A stretch of 22,519 nt of DNA, taken from the NCBI RefSeq assembly GCF_006345805.1, contig NW_021823792.1, positions 1 through 22,519 on the forward strand, written 5' to 3'. The position numbers were made by a program, and so were the translations under genes. The notes below the pieces were generated by a model. The model saw only the letters and a program-made list of their open reading frames with translations, had not been told where the DNA came from and made no database searches. The DNA comes from Octopus sinensis. Taxonomy: Eukaryota. Each line of letters begins with the position of its first letter. Position 1 is the first letter of the stretch. Shown here in pieces: positions 9,812 through 20,000 of this stretch.

Positions 9812-10165
9812 ATATAAAATTAGTGTACAGAAAAAGAGGTGACCCATACAGGCTGCCTTTCATGCTAGAAGGAGCAGTCAAAACGTCCAGAACAACATTT
9901 AAGAGCAATTTTAAAGGAAATGAAAAATATAAACTTTTACCATGTATTTTACAGCCAGTCCTAGGTTTCGAACTTTAATTAGCAAATAAAATAATTTGCT
10001 AGGCAAAGTTCTCATCAGGCAGCCTGTTAAGGGTCACCTCTTTTTGTGTTTTTAAATGTACACTAATTTTATATGGAAAATATGTCGTCTATTGACTTTT
10101 TATACATGCTAGGCCACTGGTAGAAAAATTTCTAAAATTTTGCTACCCTGTATTATTTTAAGAAT
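9811..10165 (-). mobile_element. (ATCT)n-embedded element with inverted arms enclosing a hammerhead-like core
   Basis: Arms 9811-9858 and 10017-10075 are reverse complements. The minus strand reads CTGATGA (10018-10012), a long hairpin, then GAAA-CCTAGG (9969-9960). Confidence 0.55.
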
Positions 10166-10280
10166 ATCTATCTATTTATATATTTATCAGTTTACCCCTT
10201 TTTCTCTTGCATTCTATCTGTCTGTCTACCAGTCAGTTTATCTCTCTCATTTTCTCTCTCTCTCGCTCTCTCTAGCTTTA

Positions 10281-13200
10281 TCTGTCAAGTCTCTCTTAAT
10301 CAGTCTATCTTAATCATCTTTCCATCTGTCAAGTCTATCTTAATCAGTCTATCTTAATCAATCTATCTTAATCAATCTATCTTAATCAGTCTATCTTAAT
10401 CAGTCTCTCTTAATCAATCTATCTTAATCATCTTTCCATCTGTCAAGTCTCTCTTTGTCAGTCTCTCTTAATCAGTCTCTTTTAATCAGTCTATCTTAAT
10501 CAGTCTATCTTAATCAGTCTATCTTAATCAGTCTATCTTAATCAGTCTATCTTAATCAGTCTCTCTTAATCAGTCTCTCTTAATCAGTCTATCTTAATCA
10601 TCTTTCCATCTGTCAAGTCTCTCTTAATCAGTCTCTCTTAATCAGTCTATCTTAATCATCTTTCCATCTGTCAAGTCTCTCTTAATCAGTCTCTCTTAAT
10701 CAGTCTATCTTAATCAGTCTCTCTTAATCAAACTATCTTAATATTTCTCCATCTATCAAGTCTCTCTTCATCAGTCTCTCTTAATCAGTCTATCTTAATC
10801 ACTTTCCATCTGTCAAGTCTCTCTAATCAGTCATCTCTCTTAATCAGTCTATCTTAATCAGTCTTCTTAATCAATCTTCTTAATATTTCTCCATCTGTCA
10901 GTCTCTCTTAATCAGTCTCTCTAATCAGTCTATCTTAATCATCTTTCCATCTGTCAAGTCTCTCTTAATCAGTCTCTCTTAATCAGTCTATCTTAATCAT
11001 TTTTCCATCTGTCAAGTCTCTCTTAATCAGTCTATCTTAATCAGTCTCTCTTAATCAATCTATCTTAATATTTCCCATCTCTCAAGTCTCTCTTAATCAG
11101 TCTCTCTTAATCAGTCTATCTTAATCAATCTATCTTAATATTTCTCCATCTATCAAGTCCTCTATCAAGTCTCTCTTAACAGTCTCTCTTAATCATCTAT
11201 CTTAATCATCTTTCCATCTGTCAAGTCTCTCTTAACAGTCTCTCTTAATCAGTCTATCTTAATCATCTTTCCATCTATCAAGTCTCTCTTAATCAGTCTA
11301 TCTTAATCAGTCTATCTTAATCATCTTTCCATCTGTCAAGTCTCTCTTAATCAGTCTATCTTAATCAGTCTCTCTTAATCAATCTATCTTAATATTTCTC
11401 CATCTATCAAGTCTCTCTTAATCAGTCTCTCTTAATCAGTCTATCTTAATCATCTTTCCATCTGTCAAGTCTCTCTTAATCAGTCTCTCTTAATCAGTCT
11501 ATCTTAATCAGTCTCTCTTAATCAATCTATCTTAATATTTCTCCATCTATCAAGTCTCTCTTAATCAGTCTCTCTTAATCAGTCTATCTTAATCATCTTT
11601 CCATCTATCAAGTCTCTCTTAATCAGTCTCTCTTAATCAGTCTATCTTAATCATTTTTCCATCTGTCAAGTCTCTCTTAATCAGTCTATCTTAATCAGTC
11701 TATCTTAATCATCTTTCCATCTGTCAAGTCTCTCTAATCAGTCCTATCTAATAAATCTATCTTAATCAGTCTCTCTTAATCATCTTTCCATCTGTCAAGT
11801 CTCTCTTAATCAGTCTATCTTAATCAATCTATCTTAATCAATCTATCTTAATATTTCTCCATCTGTCAAGTCTCTCTTAATCAGTCTCTCTTAATCAGTC
11901 TATCTTAATCATCTTTCCATCTGTCAAGTCTCTCTTAATCAGTCTCTCTTAATCAGTCTATCTTAATCATTTTTCCATCTGTCAAGTCTCTCTTAATCAG
12001 TCTATCTTAATCAGTCTCTCTTAATCAATCTATCTTAATATTTCTCCATCTCTCAAGTCTCTCTTAATCAGTCTCTCTTAATCAGTCTATCTTAATCAAT
12101 CTATCTTAATATTTCTCCATCTATCAAGTCTCTCTTAATCAGTCTCTCTTAATCAGTCTATCTTAATCATCTTTCCATCTGTCAAGTCTCTCTTAATCAG
12201 TCTATCTTAATCATCTTTCCATCTATCAAGTCTCTCTTAATCAGTCTATCTTAATCATTTTTCCATCTGTCAAGTCTCTCTTAATCAGTCTATCTTAATC
12301 AGTCTATCTTAATCATCTTTCCATCTGTCAAGTCTCTCTTAATCAGTCTATCTTAATCAGTCTCTCTTAATCAATCTATCTTAATATTTCTCCATCTATC
12401 AAGTCTCTCTTAATCAGTCTCTCTTAATCAGTCTATCTTAATCATCTTTCCATCTGTCAAGTCTCTCTTAATCAGTCTCTCTTAATCAGTCTATCTTAAT
12501 CAGTCTCTCTTAATCAATCTATCTTAATATTTCTCCATCTATCAAGTCTCTCTTAATCAGTCTCTCTTAATCAGTCTATCTTAATCATCTTTCCATCTAT
12601 CAAGTCTCTCTTAATCAGTCTCTCTTAATCAGTCTATCTTAATCATTTTTCCATCTGTCAAGTCTCTCTTAATCAGTCTATCTTAATCAGTCTATCTTAA
12701 TCATCTTTCCATCTGTCAAGTCTCTCTTAATCAGTCTATCTTAATAAATCTATCTTAATCAGTCTCTCTTAATCATCTTTCCATCTGTCAAGTCTCTCTT
12801 AATCAGTCTATCTTAATCAATCTATCTTAATCAATCTATCTTAATCAATCTATCTTAATCAGTCTCTCTTAATCAGTCTATCTTAATCATCTTTCCATCT
12901 GTCAAGTCTCTCTTAATCAGTCTATCTTAATCAGTCTATCTTAATCAATCTATCTTAATCAATCTATCTTAATCAATCTATCTTAATCAGTCTCTCTTAA
13001 TCAGTCTATCTTAATCATCTTTCCATCTGTCAAGTCTCTCTTAATCAGTCTCTCTTAATCAGTCTATCTTAATCAGTCTATCTTAATCAATCTATCTTAA
13101 TCAATCTATCTTAATCAATCTATCTTAATCAGTCTCTCTTAATCAGTCTATCTTAATCATCTTTCCATCTGTCAAGTCTCTCTTAATCAGTCTATCTTAA

Positions 13201-13375
13201 TCAGTCTATCTTAATAAATCTATCTTAATCAATCTATCTTAATCTGTCTCTCTTAATCATCTTTCCATCTGTCAAGTCTCTCTTAATCAGTCTCTCTAAT
13301 CATCTCTCCATCTGTCAAGTCTCTCTTAATCAGTCTCTCTTAATCATCTCTCCATCTGCCAGTCTCTCTCAATCA
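10281..13375. repeat. 3.1-kb minisatellite of 14-bp units (TTAATCAGTCT[A/C]TC) interspersed with a 16-bp ATCTTTCCATCTGTCA module
   Basis: Seen directly; it ends about 50 bp before the acceptor at 13424. Confidence 0.95.
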
Positions 13376-13424
13376 CTCACGCCATCTCTTTCTCTCCCTT
13401 TCTCTCTCTCTCTTATCTTTCCAG

Positions 13425-15054
13425 GTTGAGTTTGAAAAAAACCAAAGCCGCCGAATGGAGAAAGACCTAAAAAAGACTCTGGCTAACTTGGAAGAAGAGC
13501 GGGAAAACTCGGCGAAACACAAGCAGGTGGCGCTAATGCTGATTCGAGAGCGGCGCAAGCTGGTCGAGCGGATCCTGCAGGAGAAGCGAAAGTGCAACGA
13601 GATGGAGCACATCATGAATGATGAAAAGGACAAGATGATGAGCATGGCGGAGGGTCTCGTTCAGGAGAGCAAGAAGTCGCTGAAGATCGAGGCCGCCATG
13701 GAGAAGCAGCTAAGCGACTTTGACACAGAACGGGAGCAGCTTAGGGGCCGCGTGTCACGCGAGGAGAGCAAGAACAAGGAGCTGAGAGAGCAGGTGGAAC
13801 AGTTACATCGGGAGCTACAGCAGGCCAGGAGTGGTGTCGGCGGGGCCCTTAGTAGCGGCAGCAGCAACAGCAGCAGTCAACTTAGTTTTATCAGCGCCGG
13901 GGATGACGGTGTCACGGACCCCACGACGGTTGGCGGCGACGATGACGGCAGCTTCTTGGGTGAGAGCGGCCAAAGTGTCAGCAGCGCCGGCGATGGAAAC
14001 GTGCAACACAGCGAGACAATAAACTTGGCGGTGGGCGGTTGCGAAGCTGAGGTGTGCCTCGCTCCGGTCGCTGCCATCGACGCCACCCACGAACAGAACG
14101 TTGAGTGCACAATCCCTCTGTCGTCGCTGTCGTCCGGCTCGCCGTCCGCAAAGGTCGCGCCACACCACTCCACGAACCCAGTGACAATCGACTCCACTGC
14201 GACTCTGCAGATTTCCTCTTCTGCTTCCACGTCGTCGTCCTCCTCCTCTGCCTCGCCCTCCACCGCTTTGTACACATCCTCCTGCTACTCTTCCTCCCCA
14301 CCGACGCGGCCACCTCCCCCTCCCTCCTCGTCGCCGCCCCCACCCCCACAGTTTTACACCGCCTCCGCTGTGGCCGAGGGCCGGAAGCCCGTTGTCCAGC
14401 TGAACAGCAACAGCAGTAGTAGCCATGCCCATCCCCTCCACATGGAATCGAGGCCCATGTCACCCGGGGAGATCTTCAGCCCGGCTTCGGACATACGCAT
14501 TGTTTCAGGGGTGGGCGCAGATGGATCCGGTGGAAGCCGGATAAGCGTCAGTGCGGCTGGCGGCGCAACTGTTCTGAGTACGAGCGGGGGCGGCAGGATC
14601 TCGTTTCAGTTTGGCCAACCCACCTCAGGTCACCCGTCTCCCCCCTCTTCCTCGGCCGGTGCAGGAGCTGGCCACGCCCGAAAGGCGGTGACAATCGGCC
14701 GCGGGACCCCGCCTCCCGTGCCGCCCAACAAACCAGTCCTTATCGCCTGTAGTGGGGGCGGGGGAGGCAGTGGGGGAAGCGGGGGCGGAAGCACTGGCGG
14801 AACGAGCGTCGTCGTTGGAGTGAAGCCAGCTGTGCCCCCGAAAGTAGGGATCACCGTTTCCAAAGACAGACTTTTCCTCTCGAGCTCAGAAAGTGATAAT
14901 ACCGTTGTGCTGTCCTCGTCTTCTTCGTCTTCTTCATCATCGTCGTTGTCGCCGTCGTCGTCATTGTTATCGTCGAGCAGAACTCCGGCCAACAAGCCAT
15001 TGCAAATTCCCGTCAGCGTTGTGACGAACCAGTCGCACATCGCCTCGAATCGGA

Positions 15055-15085
<31 letters not shown>

Positions 15086-15194
15086 TTCTACTCCTTCTTC
15101 TTTGTCCTCATCTTCTTCCTCTTCTTCCTCCAACACCGCCGTCACCGCAAACAACGCCAACAGAGAAAACTCGCCCATGCGGAAAACAACGCAG
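13425..15194 (+). CDS. CTTNBP2: CTTNBP2-family large exon: coiled-coil end plus Ser/Pro-rich region with SH3-ligand motifs
   Basis: Acceptor (CT)n-TTTCCAG|GTT, then 590 open codons starting VEFEKNQSRRMEK. EKQLSDFDTEREQLR and RGTPPPVPPNKP match family motifs. The probable donor is CAG|GTTTGT at 15194/15195; without splicing the frame ends VCVNGK* at 15215. Confidence 0.92.
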
Positions 15195-15227
15195 GTTTGT
15201 GTGAACGGAAAATAACAACTACTACAA

Positions 15228-15675
15228 TAATAATAATAATAATGATAATAATAATAAGAATAATGATAATAATAATAACAATGATGATGATGATGATGAA
15301 AATAATAATGGTTTCAAATTTTGGCACGGAGCCAGTAATTCCAAGGGAGGGGTCAAGTTGATTACATCGACCCCTAGTACTCATCTGGTACTTATTTTAT
15401 GGACCCTGAAAGGATGAAAGCAGAGTCAACCCGGCAGAATTTGAACTCAGGGTGTAACATAATAATAATAATAATAATAATAGTAAAATGGTTTCAGATT
15501 TTGGCACAAGGGCCGGAATTTCAAGGAAGGGGGTTAAGTCGATTGCATCCATCCCATGCCCACCCCTCCAGTACTCAGCTGGTACTTATTTTATCAACCC
15601 CGAAAGGATGAACAGCAAAGTCGACCTTGATGAAATTTGAACTCAAAACATATAGACAGATGCAATGCCGCTAAG

Positions 15676-15721
<46 letters not shown>

Positions 15722-15869
15722 TCTAACACAGACATGACAAATTTTTGGTAGGAGAGGGGGCAGTTGATTATATTGACTGATGCGTAGCTGTATTGACCTG
15801 AGAACAGCGAAAGACAAAATGACCCCAACAGGGTTTGAACCCAGAACAGCTTTAACAATAATAATAATA

Positions 15870-15900
<31 letters not shown>

Positions 15901-16140
15901 CAATGATGATGATGATAAAAATTAAAATAATAAAAATAGTTTCAAATTTTGGCACGACCCAGTACACAACTGGTACTTATTTGATCAACCTCAAAAGGAT
16001 AAAAAATAAAGGTGACCCCAGTGGAATTTGAACATGGAATGTAAAAAGCTGGACTAAACACTGCTAAGTATTTTGCCCGGTGTGCTAACAATTTTTTTCC
16101 AGCTTACCACCTTATGATGATGATGGTAATAATAATAATA
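15228..16140 (-). mobile_element. Chain of 3-4 minus-strand family A SINEs separated by (AAT)/(GAT)n
   Basis: Copies at about 15303-15455, 15488-15678 and 15938-16113 (GGTTTCAAATTTTGGCAC...CTGGTACTTATTTTAT..ACCC.GAAAGGATGAA), with a diverged piece at about 15720-15855. Confidence 0.75.
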
Positions 16141-16334
16141 ATAATCCTCAGAAAAACCATATCCATTTAAATGTCAATTCTTGATTAAAAAAATCATCTC
16201 CACCTCTGAAGCATGTTTCATGGTCACCAAATGGCAATTGAGACTATATAAGGGGAGATAATCTCAAGAAATTCTCCAAAACTGACATGCTATTAAGGAA
16301 AAGCACAGGCTTATTGTCTGGAGAGAAGAGGACA

Positions 16335-16377
16335 GTTGTGCACACGTTTCTGCCTCATTAGCTATCATCAGCACAAC
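16335..16377 (-). ncRNA. Degenerate minimal type I hammerhead ribozyme motif
   Basis: GTTGTG-CTGATGA-tagctaatgaggca-GAAA-CGTG-TG-CACAAC: perfect 6-bp helix I, canonical core, damaged helix II, and G at position 17. Confidence 0.6.
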
Positions 16378-16417
16378 CTTACCTTACTTTATCTCTTGCA
16401 TCCATGTATATATATAT

Positions 16418-16702
16418 ATCACGTGACCGACCAGACCATCAGATGTTGCTACACATCACTGGTCACAATGCGTTCGCATTGTTTTAGCCTTCGAACGATG
16501 CCACCCCGCTGGCTAAGTGAGCAGGCCAAGAGAAGAAAGAGTGGTGAAAGAGTACAGCAGGGATCACCACCCCCTGCCGGAGCTTCGTGGAGCTTTTTAG
16601 ATGTTTTCACTCAATAAACACACACAACGCCTGGTCTGGGAATCGAAACCACGATCCTCCGACCGCGAGTCCGCTGCCCTAACCACTGGGCTATTGTGCC
16701 TC

Positions 16703-16704
<2 letters not shown>
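16418..16704 (-). mobile_element. Family C tRNA-SINE (tail variant 3)
   Basis: Head TGGAGGCACAATAGCCCAGTGGTTAGGGCAGCGGACTCGCGG at 16704 and the shared body. The tail ...GGTCTGGTCGGTCACGTGAT runs into (TA)n. Confidence 0.8.
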
Positions 16705-16743
<39 letters not shown>

Positions 16744-16840
16744 TATTAGGGAGTAAATCCAAACTTACAGGGAAAATTTGATTTGCCTAATAGTTTTATC
16801 TCTAATTTAATTTATATATATATATATATATATATACATA

Positions 16841-17251
16841 CTAGCAGCTAAGCCCGGTTTCACCCGGTTTGTTTGGATGATGCGGCTGTGATCGTTTTCA
16901 GTTAGGCATAATCTATGACAGCATTTCTCGAGCTTATCATTTTGGGTCCCCTGTTTCAATTGGAGCCTCCAGCTTTATGAAAATTTCCTGACCCCCAACC
17001 CGTCAGAAAACAGCTTCTAAGCAACTGGTTGTTTTAATGGCGGAAGAAAGAGGGGAATTCCATTAGAAAAAGTTTTAATTGATTTTCTCGGTAAGTATGG
17101 GGGCTAGGAAAAAAATACAAACTGCATTCCAATCTATGCACCCGTCTCCATATATGTGCCACTTTTCATGTGAATCCACCCAGCCGTTTGGCTGTGAACC
17201 TCAAGACAAGAAAGAATACAATGATTGCCCATGTCCAATTTATATTATAGA
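16841..17251 (-). mobile_element. Non-autonomous Helitron-like element, 411 bp
   Basis: Minus strand A|TCTATAATAT...; CCGG-N6-CCGG hairpin (16854-16867) about 10 bp before the terminal CTAG|T (16841-16844). The target is A|T within (TA)n. Confidence 0.7.
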
Positions 17252-17322
17252 TATATATATATATAAAATAGTATACATTTAAACACAAGAGAAAACTACC
17301 TTTAATAGGTAATTTTTACACG

Positions 17323-17352
<30 letters not shown>

Positions 17353-17356
<4 letters not shown>

Positions 17357-17736
17357 GGAAAGTTTACGAAAATAAACAAAAGACGAAAGCAGGTGGTGTA
17401 CAAACAAACAAATGTATTAGTATGGTGCTCAGGAATAGAAAAAGTCTTTTATATTTTGAGCCTACGCTCTTCAACAGAAAAATACACAGAAAAAAACAAG
17501 GAGAGAAAAAAATGCATGTAGAAGCTAACGATCTATCGGAGATGTACTTGCATAGCGAGTGACTTGATCTGAGATTGTGTGCTGGAACGAAAACAATTGC
17601 AGCGTGGAAGGTGTTTATAAGCCATTTAAGAAACACACTAAACCATTAGATTCACTTCAACAATTAAATCTAATTTGTCAAAATACTTTCGTCGCTTTGA
17701 GACCGCGACCTGCTCACTGACAAAACTTCATGCTGC
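17353..17736 (-). mobile_element. Two adjacent (TA)n-flanked Penelope-like terminal fragments, each with a hammerhead-like motif (17446-17482 and 17674-17724)
   Basis: The second part (from GGAGATGTACTTGCATAGC, about 17538) recurs at about 20131-20288 between (TA)n tracts, which shows it is a separate interspersed unit. Confidence 0.6.
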
Positions 17737-17767
17737 ATATATATATATATATATATATGCACACACA

Positions 17768-17847
17768 CAGCAGGCTTCTTTCAGTTTCTGTTTACCAGAG
17801 CTACTCACAAGGGAGTAATCAGCCTGGGATTGTTGTAGAAGACACTT
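17768..17847 (-). mobile_element. Old family B SINE core fragment
   Basis: CAGGCTTCTTTCAGTTTCTG...GTAGAAGACACTTGCCAAAGGTG. Confidence 0.6.
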
Positions 17848-18178
17848 GCCAAAGGTGTGACTTGGTTTAATTTCTCATAACCTTCTGAGTCACAGGGCCA
17901 TAAGCAAGCTAATACTGACTAGCATCTGGCATGCAGTGAAAGGCAATCCACAAAGACACACTTCTAAATATGCGTGTGTATATATATACATATATATAAA
18001 ATTAAAATGAGGGTGAGAAATTGGATATTAATTTGATAACATCAATTTAACACCAGTGGTCTAGCATATTAAAAAACTGAGGTTTAGTAAATTGTATTAC
18101 ATACATATGAGAGGGATGACCACTATGTGGACAACCCTTATGCTAGAAGTAGTATACTAGTATGTATATATATATATA

Positions 18179-18359
18179 GTTAATCCAAACAAGAAAGCAC
18201 AAAAAAATACAACAATGCGAGGACATGGAACAAATATAGTATTATTGGACGCTCAGGAAAGAAGGAGGGTTTAACGTTTTGAGCGGAGCTCTTCGTCAGA
18301 GACATAGGAGAAGGGAAGACAGAGGAAAAAAATCGCCAACCTTACACACGCGGTCACAT
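18179..18359 (-). mobile_element. Inverted second copy of the 1528-1731 element (hammerhead-like motif 18269-18303)
   Basis: The reverse complement reads ATGTGACCGCGTGTG...CCTATGTCTCTGACGAAGAGCTCCGCTCAAAACGTTAAACCCTCC...TTTGGATTAAC(TA)n. Confidence 0.75.
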
Positions 18360-18432
18360 TTTGAATGTAGTAGAAAGGATTACCAAAATGTATGTATATA
18401 TATATATACACACACATATGTATAACTCACTG

Positions 18433-19284
18433 AAGGCAGTGAGTTAGCAGAACCATTAGCATACTGGATGAAATGCTTAACAGCATTTCGCCTGTTGCTA
18501 TGTTCTGAGTTCAAAATCCACTGAGGTTGACTTTGCCTTCCGGGGTCGATAAATTAAGTACCAGTCAAGTACTGGGGTTGATGTGATCACCTATCCCCCT
18601 CCCCACAAATTTCAGGCCTTGTGCCTATGGTAGAAAGGATTATTATTATTATTATCATCATCATCATCATTGTTAAAAAGTTGGTGCGCTTGGCATTCTG
18701 TCTATCCTTATGTTCTGAGTTCAAATTCCACCGAGGTCAACTTTACCTTTCTTCCTTTCAGGGTCGATAAAATATCTACCAGTTGAACATTGGGGTCGAT
18801 GTAATTGATCAGCCCCTTACCCAGAAATTGCTGGCCTTGTGCCAAAATTTGAAACCATCATTATTATAATTACTACCACTAATACTACTATTATTATTAT
18901 TATTATGTCTTTATGTTCTGAGTTCAAATCCCAGCAGGGTTGATTTTTGTCTTTTATCCTTTCGGGGTTTGATAAAATAAATACCATTTGAACACTGGGG
19001 TTGATGTAAACAACTTAAATCCCTGCCCCACCAGAAAAAAAGTTGCTGGCCTTGTACAAAAATTTTGAAACTATTATTATCATCATCACCATCATCATTG
19101 TTATTATTGTCTTTACATTCTGAGGTCAAATTCCACCGAGGTCAACTTTGCCTTTCATCCTTTTGGGGGGGGTCAATAAATTAAGTACCAGTGAAACACT
19201 GGGGTCGATGTAAACAATTAGTCCCTTCCCTACAAAATTTCAGGCCTTGTGCCTGTAGTAGAAAGGATTACCAAAATGATAATG

Positions 19285-19325
<41 letters not shown>

Positions 19326-19525
19326 CTTTTCTACTAAAGGCACAATTACTGAAATTTTGATGGACAGGGGCCCAGTCGATTACATTGACCCCAGTGCATA
19401 ACAGGTACTTAATCTATTGACCCCAAAAGGATGAAATAAATACCAGTTATACACTGGGGGTCAATGTAAGTGACTAGTCCCCGTTCCCCTAAATATCGGG
19501 CCTTGTGCCTTTAGTAGAAAGAATT
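18433..19525 (+). mobile_element. Chain of family A SINEs separated by (ATT)/(ATC)n, mostly plus strand
   Basis: The GAGTTCAAAT.CC..CGAGGT..ACTTTGCC...GGGTCGATAAA block recurs near 18505, 18715, 18920 and 19120. There is one minus-strand piece at about 19325-19437. Confidence 0.8.
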
Positions 19526-19532
19526 ATGATTG

Positions 19533-19567
<35 letters not shown>

Positions 19568-19944
19568 GAATGAGAGAGCAGTACATGCCATCAAAGTGAC
19601 ATTATTATTATTGTTATTATTATTATTATTTATCATCATAATTGTCATCATCGCCATCATCATCATCATTATCATTGTGAATATAAATTGTTGTGGTGGT
19701 CATGGGGAAGGCATGCAAGCGGAGCACCGACCCTGATGCTTCATGGTACGTTTTAAAGATTCTGTCGCTAAGCGTGTGTCTAGCAGCAGCGGAATAAGAA
19801 CCGGACATTGGCCCAGGTTCAATTCTCTCGGCTACATGTGACTGCCGCACCCCCCGCCTTCCACACACTGCTGCGTTCTTCCTACCACAGAAACTGTCCC
19901 TGTGCTTAGAGTAAAGGAATAGCTAGTACTTTATACATACATAC

Positions 19945-19952
19945 CCATATAT

Positions 19953-20000
<48 letters not shown>

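Noticed and set aside
8703-9842. Long ORFs of up to 275 aa rich in TH, VC, LS and IYLS
   Set aside because: They are translations of (CA)n, (CT)n and (ATCT)n microsatellites, which lack stops in some frames.
9866-9893. CTAGAAGGAGCAGTCAAAACGTCCAG as a second hammerhead in the foldback element
   Set aside because: It needs an insertion in the core, a G12 change and a 2-bp helix II, which is too weak without a consensus.
13373-15178. Minus-strand and off-frame ORFs, including the poly-Glu ORF 14630-15178
   Set aside because: They are shadows of the GC-rich coding exon; the poly-E mirrors poly-Ser TCN codons.
18108-18145. GATGA-CCAC-tat-GTGG hairpin
   Set aside because: There is no GAAA after the hairpin and no complete core.
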